Shown piece by piece: positions 22,629 to 34,700 of a DNA stretch of 64,000 bases. The stretch is from NCBI GenBank assembly GCA_905178155.1, contig CAJINV010000007.1, positions 1,328,836 to 1,392,835 of the forward strand, given 5' to 3'. Made by a program: the position numbers and the translations under genes. The stretch is from Amoebophrya sp. A120 (taxonomy: Eukaryota > Protista > Dinoflagellata). Under the pieces are notes generated by a model. That model was not told where the DNA came from. It saw only the letters and a program-made list of their open reading frames with translations, and made no database searches. Numbering within the stretch: the stretch's first letter is position 1; every line of letters starts with the position of its first letter.

Positions 22629-25600
22629 ATGGGTGGTTGTGTTGCGAAATCTGCCGGCAAGGCAACTTCCCCCACGGGGATCTTCCGCTCTTTCTCCAAA
22701 GAGAAGCAGGACGATTTGGATGCGCGGACCATTCCGGGCGTCGGCTACCACTTTTCCCTGACCAGTCTTTCCAGCGAGAACATCGGCCGGCTCGAGGATT
22801 ACCCCTCCGACCCGGCGCTGCTCGCGCCGGATGACGGCTGGCAGGTGAGAAGGAACGTGTTCCTCGACCCCTTTCCGACCTACGTCTTCGCCCGGACTCC
22901 GGCTTACGAAACGTTGCAGGAGGCGCTGCAGATGTGTATTGTTCTGAAGGGCGGGGGCGTGACAAAAACCGTGGCGGATAGCACGAATGGCGGGACCCGA
23001 CTCTTCGAGGTCCGCGCCGGGTCGAAGATGCGACCCAGTCCCCTGGGGGAAATCTCCTGGGTACCCTACCCAACGAAATTGTGCCGGGACGAGGACGATA
23101 GCTATCTGTTGAAACTCGTGGAAGTGCAGTCCGAGATTTCCCACGACCTGTCGCTTTCCCGGGACACGAGCAAGGGTATGGACGGTTTGTTCGACAATTC
23201 TGCTCCGGTGGAGCTCTCCGAGCGCGGCAGGTCCAATATCACACAGAAAAAAACTGGCAGGTCACATTTGTAATGCAAAAAAAAAAAACTGTATTGCATA
23301 TCCGAAACAGCATGCTATGGAGCCACATATGACAGATTTTTTTGTGTATTTATTTTTGCATTACAAATATGCCCTGCCAGCTTTTTTCTGTGTGATATCC
23401 AACTCCGCGCGGGCGACCTCGGGGCAGACCCCGTACGTGACGATCATCAAGCCCATGGACGAAGCCACCGGGATCCCGATGCTGCCGGATATCCTGAGTA
23501 AAAACGTACCCACACCAGAGTTGTAATGCAGATTCGCAAAGACAGGAAGACTTGTAATGCGCATCCCCATGAGAGCCATTTCCAATCGTGTTTTGGAATT
23601 CGTGATGCTGTGAACAGGATGAGCAGCTGGATTTGTGATGCGGCTGCACTTGCTAACCTGCACTACACTGCAGAGCTCAACTTGTCATGCGTGACTCACA
23701 AAACTCCTAGGTTTGTGTTGCAAAATCCTCATCCTAACTCTGGCGTGGGTACGTTTTTACTCAGGATACCGGGCGCGCGGTCCCTACCGGCGGCGGTGAA
23801 CGGACCGGTGCTGAACAATATTGCGCCGGGGTCGGATATGGATCTGTCAGGATTGAAATCGTCAAAGTTGAAATGATTTGCCATGCATAAAATGCAAGGC
23901 ATGAAGTGCCTGTCTTGCTGGGATGGCAAGTGAGGCAGATAATTGTGAGCCTATTTAGGGTCGTTTGGGATAGAGCTGCTAAAGGAGCATGACAAAAGCA
24001 ATCTTCTGTGCCCAAACAGCATGATAAATTGGATTCCGGTGGTGCTCCGAAAATTTGTCATGCGCCGCTTTGAAATTGCTCTTCCAACTGGTATCCATTT
24101 TATGCATGGCAAATCATTTCAACTTTGTCGATTTCAAGCCTGACGCTTCCATATCGGACGCCGCGGCGTTGGAGGAATCCTTGGCGCGGGAGAAGAAGCG
24201 GGTGCTGGAAAGCTGGGCGAAAATCGAGCTGGACTTTGCGGCGAGGGCGTGCCCGGTGAAATTGAAAATCCAGAGCCACGACAAGTTCATCGCGGGGGTC
24301 TACGGGCTGGTGCCGGAAAAGCGCCACAATAACAACCCCATTTGGCGAAAGGAAAACACGAATCCCAGTCACAAGAACAGGGAGAGGGGGAAACGTATAA
24401 AAGAATTTGATAGGATAAAATAAAATTTGCAGCCTCTCGCTGTCGTGTGTGACCTTCGCTTTATTTCTTCATTGGTATAATTCGTAAACGAAGCTTTTAT
24501 TTTCATTTTCACCGTGCGATTTGATGATGCAGCAGAGCACACGCATTGGTTTTGGTGTGCAAAAGCAAATCTTTTCCGCATGACGCAAACAATTCTTTGG
24601 CGAGGATGAATCCCTTCTGTATCAAACGCAACGAATTATCCCTTCTCGAACAACAAACAGAAAACGTCTTTCTCTCGCACACCGGCGAGCGGTGGGTTTT
24701 GTCCCGCGTCGCGTGCCCGGAGGCTGGGCCGCTGAACCCCGCTTCTGGCCCGATCATCACGCAGGGGCCGATCACGAACGTGGACAACATGTCGCCCCTG
24801 GTTGACCCAGTTTGGGAGGACCGGTTCGGGATCCGCATCGCGGATAAGAAAGCGCTAGAAGAGTTCCAACCCGGGCACACCAGCAACGGGTCAGTGACTC
24901 CACCGGGAGGAGGAACAACTGCTGCTTCTAACACCGGGACGACCACAACTTCTGCCAACATGCCCGGCGTAATACTATCAACCTCCGCGAACAACGCTGG
25001 CGCATCGACAACTACAGTAGATCCAAACTACCGTTCGGAGTCGAAGGAGATCGAAATCGCGGGATTGTATGTCGACCTGACCTTCCCTCCGTCGGACAAA
25101 GCGCTGACCGGCACAACTACCCTGGACCACCTGAAGCCTCACCGGTGGAAAGAATTCGAGCCGGTCTGGATGCGCGCGGGGCATCTGTTCAAGGGACAGT
25201 CCGTCCGGTTGTATGAGCAGATCACGCCGCTGGATTTCCAGAGTTACAGCAGTGTACTGGATAGCCAGTGGATCATGGCGGCGTTGAGCAGCTTGGCGGA
25301 GTACCCGAACTACCTGGAAGACAGGATTTTTGTCGACAAGGGGGACACGAACAACCTCCGGGGGGAGTACAAGGTGAACTTGTTCGACATCGGCATGCAG
25401 GAGTGGGTCACGGTCACCGTCGACGACCACTTACCCTGCGACGGCCGGAAATTGTCGTCCACTTTCAACCAGCCACTGTTCGCGCAACCGGTGCGCACGC
25501 AGATCTTCCCGTGCATCGCGGAAAAGGCGTTCGCGAAACTCTACGGCAGCTACTCGGCGTTGGAGCCCGGGCAGTGCGGGTTCGCGTGGCTCGCGTTGAC

Positions 25601-27287
25601 GGGCACGACCAGGGTGGAGAGGTGGAGCATCAGCAACCCGTTTTTTCAGCAAAAGGAACAACATTTAGGAGAAGAAGGTACAACTTCTAATCCCGCTGGC
25701 GCAAACGGGACGAACAATAATGGTGCAACTACGACGACGTCTGCGTCCTCGAGTGGGGCGAACAATAAGAACGGTTCTATCGAGAGAGAAAACAGTTCAA
25801 CATCAGGGATGAACAAAAGCAAAAAGGAATCCAAGAAGGACAAGAAGAACAGAAAAGGATCAGGAACAATAAACACCGGTAGCGACGAAGAGATTCAGCC
25901 CGGCCCGCAGCTTCCGGTTCCGAAAAAGTCGCACTTTTTCTCGCTGGAAAACAACAGCGACCAGCTGGACTACAGCAAGATTTTCGGCGAGCTCGCCGTG
26001 CCCTGCTTTGAAGGCAACCGGCAGGTGTACGCGAAGACGGGTCGGAAGGAGGGGATGGAAGACCTGTGGACCTATTTGGTGGATTGCGACCGGAAAAACT
26101 ACATTTTGACGGGGGGGATTTCCCCGCACCGACGGGCGCCGAGCGAAACGTGCGGGCTACTCCCCGGGCAGACGTACACGATTTTGAAGCTCTTCACCCT
26201 AGAGGTGTCCTCCAGCAGACCAACGTCCGCGCAGCAGGCGAAGGAGATCCAGACCAACAGTAGTCCTGCTGGTGGTTGTTCTACTTCTAACGGCGCGCAG
26301 AACATCAACCAAAAGCAGACCGTCCGGCTGGTGCAGCTGCGAAACCGCTTCCTGGAGTTCGCCTGGCGCGGCCGGTGGCACCCGGCCTGCCCGCTGTGGT
26401 GCAACCTTCCCATGGAAACCAGGCAGCAGCTGGAGCCGTGGACCTTCAATTTCAACGCGGGAAACGACAACAACCGCCCGTCGTCCAGCAACGGCGCTTT
26501 CTACGTGCAATGGGAGGACTTCGTGTATGGGGCTCTCAAACGTTACATTCTCAGCTGTTACATGAATTTGTCATGCAAAAGCACCATTATCATTCTCACG
26601 ATCAAGCTGCTCCGCATGACAAATTTGCGGAGGGCTAAATAGCACTATACTCCGTCCCAAATCTGTAATGCAAAAGGCGCAATCTTCCTCCTTTCACTTT
26701 TGCCCTTCTTGCATTGCAAATTCATGTAACAGTTGAGAATGTAACGTTTGAGAACGCCATATCGTGTGCGTGTTCCAGTCCGTTGGGGTGTGCAAGAAGC
26801 GGGACCTCGGGCCGAAGCGCGGGGCGGCGATTGAGCACTACCGAAACACGGTGACCTATCCTGAGTAAAAACGTACCCACCCCAGAGTTGTCATGCAGAT
26901 TTGCCATGACAGGAACATTTGTGATGCGCAACCCCATGACAGGCATTTTCAATTGTGTTTGGGAACTTGTAATGCTGTAAACAGGATCAGAAGGTCGATT
27001 TGTGATGCGGCTTTCCTTGCTAACTTGCACTACCTTACGGACTGAAACTTGTCATGCGTGACTCACAAAGCTCCTAGGTTTGTGTTGCAAAATCCCCATC
27101 CTGACTCTGGTGTGGGTACGTTTTTACTCAGGATATGACCGGGTCGAAATTCAAGAGAGCGACGACGGGGGATTTGAGCGCGTCCACAAGCATCTCCGCT
27201 GGGCCGTCGGGCGCAAGCATCATCTCGCCGGGGCAGCTGTCGCAGAGCCAGGAGGGAAGTCAAGACAACGGGGTGGACACGGTGTGA
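22629..27287 (+). CDS. Calpain-like (peptidase C2/CysPc) protein, predicted catalytically inactive, N-acylation motif
   Basis: YVDLTFPP, GEYKVNLFD...VTVDDHLP, IAEKAFAKLYGSYSAL, LVQLRN...WRGRW, GAFYVQWEDF. N-terminus MGGC. GT-AG intron 24395-24660 plus 5 introners; stop TGA 27285-27287. Confidence 0.85.
23237..23397. mobile_element. Introner, family E (TIR TATCACACAGAAAAAA.CTGGCAGG)
   Basis: Long TIR; direct repeat TCCAA; frame restored. Confidence 0.92.
23490..23768. mobile_element. Introner, family C (inverted relative to 6823 copy)
   Basis: TIRs; direct repeat CCGGA/CCGGG; frame restored. Confidence 0.92.
23837..24153. mobile_element. Introner, family F (TIR TATGGA...GTCAGG.TTGAAATCG.CAAAGTTGAAATGATT)
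   Basis: ~50-bp TIR; direct repeat TCGGA; GS-DAAALEE restored. Confidence 0.92.
26526..26761. mobile_element. Introner, family G (TIR TATGG...TCTCAAACGTTACATTCTCA.CTGTTACATGAATTTG)
   Basis: 45-bp TIR; direct repeat TCGTG; calpain motif WEDFV-CVFQSVGVC restored. Confidence 0.93.
26857..27135. mobile_element. Introner, family C
   Basis: TIRs; direct repeat TGACC; similar to 23490-23768. Confidence 0.93.
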
Positions 27288-28793
27288 TGCTGTTCCTGGT
27301 TGAAATAAAATTCTGAATTCTGCGGTTTTATTTTTTTCACAGGTTCCGCGCGCCTCTCGGTCTGTTGGTTCTTCGATTTCATCAAGGAAAAGACTGAAGC
27401 AAATTATGTTTGTAAATTGGGATTAATCATTCAAAAGTGATACTGTTGTTCACCTCCGGCGACAACGTCATGGTCCTTTTATTCCGAAAAAAGTTTGACG
27501 TCTTTTCCTTTCGCTCTTTGCCATTTTGATGCCCTCGTTCTGCTTTTGACTTTTTCCTGTAGTTTTGATGCGAAGTTGTAGCAGCTTTATGAAGTGATAA
27601 TGTAGTCACATCTGAATCTAAAGATTCAGCACTACTAAATAATTTTCCGCCTCCTGTGCTTGGCTCAAAAATTTGCTGCCATATGTATCGGTACACCTCG
27701 CACTGTTAAAATTTTCCGCGAAAATGCAGAAGGAATGTACCGACTAGACCAGCCTTGCATATCGATGGTATAACAGATAGTTATCATTTTCCTCTAACCC
27801 CTCGACTTTCAATAAGCATTTAGCAGATCTATTGCTCCACTTTTGTTGCACGGCAAAATCTAATTCAGGAGTTTCTGATTCATTTTTTCCTTGTAGCAAA
27901 AATCGTAGCAAATAGAACCCTGTTTTTTTGATTAAACTCTACTGCTTCTTGAAGACGAATTCCTAGCATTGTTAATACAACACTCGGAGGCCGCATATGA
28001 AACTGGTTGGAAAAATAAAACGTCGCGTTGCTCTGTCTTGTGTCTCTCGGACACAAAATAGGCTAGCAGAGACAAACATAGGTCATGTTTTAGGAATGTT
28101 TGGGGTCGTTTGCCAGGGATGCAGTAGATATGTGTGAATTTGAAACGCCCACTCCATTGTGAATTTCAACAACTTACTATAAAACAACCCTCTTGGAATA
28201 TAAAAAAAAACATTAGCCCACAGTGGGTTAATTATCCTGGAGCTACAACGAGGGAGGAACCTTTTTGTGTAGCCGAAGGTTCCATCGTCGTGTGATGGAA
28301 CTGACTAGGGTTCTTCCGGTGCGTCATGCTGAGGTCAGTTATCCAAAGTCGTGGCGAAGTGGCCGCGGTGAGTCGAGGTAATTTAATTATATCACGGTCC
28401 AGTACGATATCAAGTTGACGGCAGAGAGAGCATAAACTCAGCAGATTGGCGGCTTCTGTTTCTGCAAAATGGTCGTGTCTACTAGTAGTCTCTGCTGTTT
28501 TAATAGTGTAATTGCGCTCATCTTCTCTATGTCCTCCTCGTCTTCTTCGTGCTGTTTGTTTTGTTTTGAGCTAGAAAAAAACGACTTCTCGCTTTTGCTG
28601 CAGTCTAACAAGAAACCGAAATAAGTACTTACAGAAGGGACGAGTCAACACGGGACGAAAGGAAAACTTGCACCGTGGCGGGGCTCCTCCCTCCCAACGA
28701 AAGGGCCGCGTTTTGGTGTACCAAGGTGCGTTTGTCTTTCTAGTTCCTTGAAATAGCCCGTTATTTTCATCTTTTTGGTCGTGTCGACAAAAA

Positions 28794-31700
28794 ATGGAGC
28801 TGCTCCGCGCTCAACTCGCTGTGAAGGACAACATTATCCGGGAACTCGCCGACGAGCTCGCTCTCTACAAGGAAAATGCTGCAGGAAGATCCCCTGGTGA
28901 ACAAGCACTGGCATCATCTTCCCTGCCGCTCCACCAGAACTACACGGCGAGCAAAGACTCCGGCTTGGGATCGAGTACGACGACTGTACCTCCTACACAG
29001 CACGGCGGCACCATCAATGAAGACCACGGGAGCAGCAAAACCGCGAATGCGACGACCAGCGAGGAAGAAAACCAGCACCAAGTGGGCCAAGGAAACAACC
29101 AACAAGCGCAGCTGACCGCGGACTTCAATAAAGTCAACTTGGAGCTGAAAAAGGAGAATTTTGGTATGCATTGAAATTTTGATGTTTGTGCCTGGAGTTG
29201 GAGAAATAAATGCAGGTTTCTCGTCATGCTTGATGTTGCAAATGAATTTTAAGAACTCTGTGAAGTAGATGCACGAGCAGGAGGAAAAGAGCTTGTTACC
29301 TGTCATGCAAAAATGCAGTTTGCCAGCAGCTCAAATACCATACCTGTCACGCTTGACTGCGTAATATTGCGGTTCTCCCCCCAATAGTTCACAGATTCGC
29401 ATCCCAACTCTCCAGGCCCAGACATATTTGCAATGCACAGTCGCACTGCAGGAGCAAATTCAGCAGTTGGAAGACACGTTGACGAAGAACTTCAACTTGA
29501 AATTGCAGGAAATCCGGGAACACGATGCGAGCAACTTTCTCGATACCGCCGAGAAGAAATATCCCAGAGAAAAAAGCTGGCAGGGCATATTTGTAATGCA
29601 AAAATAAATACACAAGAAAGACTTGCCATGGGTGGCCCAATACAATAGCATGCTGTTTCGGATATGCAATACAGATTTTTTTGTCTATTTATTTTTGCAT
29701 TACAAATATGCCCTGCCAGCTTTTTTCTGTGTGATAAGAAAGAAAAGGTATCCGAAGGAAAAAACTCGTATACAGTTACACACCCACTGCCACTACTTCT
29801 ATATTGGTGAATTCAGTAATATGATCACAAACTCGCCTTAGCCTTGCATGTTGACAGAGAGCAATGCAGAGATCATTACCATAACTATTAGGTAAAATAT
29901 ACATGAAGCGACGCGCGCAACAAGCATGTCGCGCATGACGGAGCTTGTCTGTGGTCCTGCATGTTTTACAACTACACAGTGTGTAATTCATTGTAAAACA
30001 TTTTTTTCTTCGTATAAAAGGAGATTGTCGAGCAGTACGAGCAACTTCATAAGGAGCAAGTTCTGCAGCATGAACGGCAGGCGGAGGAGATGAAGCTGCA
30101 GTTCGAACAGCAGATGGAACAAATAAAGCAGGATTTAGAGCAGCAGTTGTCCCTCCAGTTTTCCCACGAGAAGCAAAAACACCAGCTGCAAGTGACGAAG
30201 GAGAAGGAGAAGGCAAAATTACTGGAGGAAAGGCAGAAGGTTCTACTAGAGGAAGTGGCGATATGGAAGTGTCAGAATCGAAATTGACAAAGTCGAAAAA
30301 TTGATTGCGATGCACAAAATCGACGTCAGTCGGAGCCTCAGTTTCTAAGTGGCGCATGACAAATTTCGGGGGCACCCACATCCAGTCTGTCATGCTGTTT
30401 GGGCAAAGAAGACCGCTCCTGTAGTCATGCTACTCTGGCAGCACATTGCATACCCCTAAACAGGCTAGCAATCGGTCTTATTTGCGGCCTGCCCCCCAAT
30501 ACAGGCCTTCAGTGCCCTGCATTTTATGCATCACAAATTGAAACTTTTCGATTTTGTCGATTTCGGTCCTGACACATACATAGGCGAAAAGGGACCAGAT
30601 CGCGAGCGAATGGCAGCAGGACGGGCTGAAACTGGAACAGGATTTCCGCTTGAAGGAGCAGGAGTGGAAAGAGGGGTTCGAATATCAACTGCAAATATGT
30701 CTGGGTCTGGAAAATAAAAAATTGAAACCTGTACTATTGGGTGTCTTGCACTCCTGTAAAATCTGTATTGCGTGACCGACAAAAGCGCGAATTCTTCGTC
30801 ATGCAAAAGCGCAGCTATTTCTCATCTCATGCGCATTACAGAGAGAAGCATCCTGAAAATCAAAATTTGTCATGCTTGGCTGCTCAGTCTCAGGAGTATG
30901 CTATGCTCAATCGTCGCCACTTAGCATCACAAGTTTCCAGACCCAGACATCTTTGCAATGCATATCGGAAAGGAAAGGGAAATGCTGGCGCAAGCGGAGG
31001 AAAAATTGACGAAGTTTTCTATTGAGAGGAAAAATCCCCCCTCCTCATATCGAAAAGGTATGTTTGCAAAAATTTGTGTTGCGGATTTGAGGTCACAAAT
31101 CACATCTGTCTTGCAAGAAGGCAAACCCAAAGAATCCGCCGCCTTAGGGAGGCGATTTGTAATTCTGTTTCACCTACATGGCAGGCCTCTCTTGTGCCAA
31201 GAGCCTACAACAAAACACCCCTACGCAGACTGAGGCTTTGCCTGTAGTGCCTCGCTGCACAAATCCAGCAACAGAAGTTTCCGTTTTAATATGGGGAGGG
31301 GGGATTTTTCATTTTGATATTTTCCGAACAATTTGAGCAGGAACGGGCGGAATTTGACAACCAGGTGCGGATCCTGGAAACCGAGAAAACGCAGCTTTCC
31401 GAGAAACTGGCGGAGACCACGGAAAAAGCCAATCAATGGCAAATCGAGTACGAGTCGGAAAGGCTGTGCAGGGAAAAATTGCAGGACCAGTTCAGAGACC
31501 TGGTACTTACTACTTTGGTAGTTTTAGTTGTTTCCTATCCTTGGTGAGTACTTCTTTTCGGGTCGTGGAGAAACGTGTTGCTAATACCTTTTTCAATATG
31601 TACTTCCGCTTGTATCTTTAAAGAAGCTGGCACTCGGATTGTATTATGTATTTAGCTACTAGTGCAGCAACAGCAAGCAAGGACAGTATATTGACAAAAA

Positions 31701-34700
31701 ACAGGAAACCGACCTCTCACACCGCCAAGAGCACGCGGAGCGCGCACTGAAGGCCGAGGACGCGCTTCGCGAGAGGGACCGGGAGCTGGCGCAAACGCTT
31801 TCCGATGTCCGCATGGCCAATGCGAAACTGGATGTATCAAATGTAAAAATGTCTGGGTCTGGAAGATTCCGAGATTTGTGATGCAGTTTATCGAAGCTCC
31901 ACCAAGTCTGCAACGCAGGGTCTAACATCACAGGATCTGCAGGCCCTTGGTGATGCCTGTTCTGCATCACAAATGCCTTCTCAGCATGGCCAGAAATGGG
32001 CACCTTTTGCAAGTCACGCAATACAGATTTTTGTACGATTCGCAACATGCATCACAAGTTCGAATCCTTCCAGACCCAGACATTTTTGCATTTGATAGGA
32101 TGCCCAGGGTGACCATATCGCGAAGTTGGAGGAGCAGCTGGAAACGACACTGGAAAGAAGAGAGAGGGAATACAAGGTGCGAACAAAGATAATATGATCA
32201 AGGAGCTTCTACTTCTTGTTTTTACTCTCACATTCTTGTCTGAAAATGACACTGACGCAAGAAATAATAAACATATAAGGCGCAGCACTATCGACCTTCA
32301 TTTTTCATCTGTATGTTGCGAGACGCAAATTTTATGTCTCGCAAATGAACTACAGGAGAACCTCGCCCGTTCCGAGCAGCTGCAACTTGAGTTGATGGAA
32401 CAAAGCGAACTTGTGAAGAAACAGTCTATCGAACTGGACTCCGCAAATCGCTATTTGGAGCAGCTGAAAAAAGAAGAAGAAAAGCACTACAAACAGGTGA
32501 AGGACTTGGACCAGAAACTAAGACAAACGAAGAAGGACCGGGACGAGAATTTTGGGCAATTGGAAGACTACGAAGTAGAACTTAGGCGGTTAGTCCGGGA
32601 GGTCGATTCGCTGCGAGAGCAAAACTCGCAACTGAGGAGTAGTACAACACCAGTAGCAGCATTATCAACAAGCGCTGCTAGTAGTAGAGAGCAAGTGCAA
32701 GGGCAAGTAGAAGCCTTGGTAGCTGCACGGCAGCCGGCACATCAAAGTAGCACAACTCCAAAGCGGTCGCCCTCCGTGCAGAAGTCGTCTCCTTCGCAGC
32801 CTTCGCCCGCGGAGCAACCGCTGGCACTAGATCAGGTCAAGATGAGGGCAACCAGCAGCCCACGATCGAGTATTAGAATACAAATTTTTGATTTGTGTTG
32901 CTGTGCTGCGTGTTGCAATTTTTTCGAAGACCACTTTGTCCTCTGTCAACTACGTGCTGGTCAGAAATACGGTCGAGTGCAGTCCTGATGGAAGATCGAT
33001 CAATCACATGATGAGAGGAAAAAATCATAACAGCTCTCCCCGTGGAATCTCGTGCGCCCTCGCGCCCGCGCGGGGTCAGCAGCGTAACTTCCTCTGCGTC
33101 AAAGCGATCGCCCGCTGGTGTTAGGATGAGCTCACCACTGTACCCTGCCGGTGGTACCACAAAGCTGAAGACGCCGCAGGAGACGCCGAACCGGGAGAAG
33201 TCGGTACCTTTTGCTTGTTGCGTTGATCAACATTGTCGTGCATGGTGAACATAGATTTTGTTCCCTGGAGGTATGCAAGGAAAAGTGAGCAGATCTAGCA
33301 TGCGGCCACTGGCAAAAAATATACGTCACAGGCCCACCCCCTCTCCGCTTCTGGCTCAAGAGGCGGACATCTTCAAGGGGGTTTATCGTGAGAAAAACGT
33401 GTTACAGTTACAAACCCGGGTGCAAAAATACAAGCAAGAGGACAGAAATCCTCTGTCATGCAGGAAATGCTCCTTCGTGCCAGCCTCATTCCATGCGTGT
33501 TTTCATCCCTTACAGTCAGCTCTTTGCAAGTTTTTTTTTGCCCTGCAGAGTGAGCAAGTTTGTGCTGCTGAAATTCCAAGAAATGTTGAACTGTAGCACT
33601 TTTTTTCTTGGATATGGTTCTTCCTCTTCTTCTTCCTCCTCATCGAAGCGGTCTGCTTCCCAGTATCAAATGCAAATATGACTGGGTCTGGGAGATTGCG
33701 AGATTTGTCATGCTAGTCCGGCACGGCTCTGAACTCTGTATTGCGTGGCCGCGAACAGCTCCTCTTGTCTGTCATGCAAAAACGCAATTTCTCATGCGGA
33801 GTACGCAACTCAGAACAACGGAAAAACTTGTCATGCTGGGCAGCGCATAAATACAGTGCGCTCACTATTCCCTTTCTTGCATTACAAGTTTATTCCAGAC
33901 GCAGACATACACATATGTGCAATGGATATCCAGCCCGCCACAACCAATTACCGAATTGTACCCGTTTACGGGCAAACCTTCTACCAGCCAGCGAAGGGCG
34001 ATGCCGTCGACGAGCAGCTGGGCAATTTCTTGAACACCCGGGAGCACAGCAAAATCCTGTTTTCTCGCGTTTCGAAGGGGAGGTATCTGTACGGGAGGCT
34101 GGAGGTGGAGCTCTCCGTCGCTCGCAAATCTTCTGCTTCGGAGCTGGTGAAGCGTGGCGAGAGCAGTAGTGGTACCAACTACACAAAGTTGCTGAAAGTC
34201 AACGTCCTCGTGATGCCCGACGAGTTGAAGCAGGAAGTTGGTGGAGAGGAAGTAGCGAAGGAGATCATGGAAAAACCGTTCACCATAAACGAGTTCGTGC
34301 ATTTCTTCGAAGATCTAGAGTTCGACGCGTGTGAGCGGCAGCAGGGTGGAGTTCTTGTTGCACAGGACGAGCTGCCCGAAGAGGATGGTGCAGCTGGTGG
34401 AGGCGCAGCTGCACGAGAAGCCGCCCATGCGGGTGGTGAACTACAGAAAGCTAGAAGAACCCGTGCCGAAAGGGTTGGGACGAGAAGAGGAGACCACGCT
34501 GGTTCAGGGCCAGCTGGAACGGGTACAAGCATTGCAGTAGGGCATCAGTCGGGGGCCAATCATCTCGCAAGTATACCGCATCACCAGGGGCTGGAACCTC
34601 AGCAAAGACTACCTCCCGGCCCGGCGAAGGTTTTCTCTTTCTCGTCGAAGGACGGACTGCATGGTGCGCCGGGTCGTGGACCACCTGCAAATTTCCTCCG

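Noticed and set aside
27655-27672. TTGGCTCAA resembling the 3' end of the dinoflagellate spliced leader
   Set aside because: Match too short and lacks the rest of the leader; a similar match near 33352 lies inside an exon.
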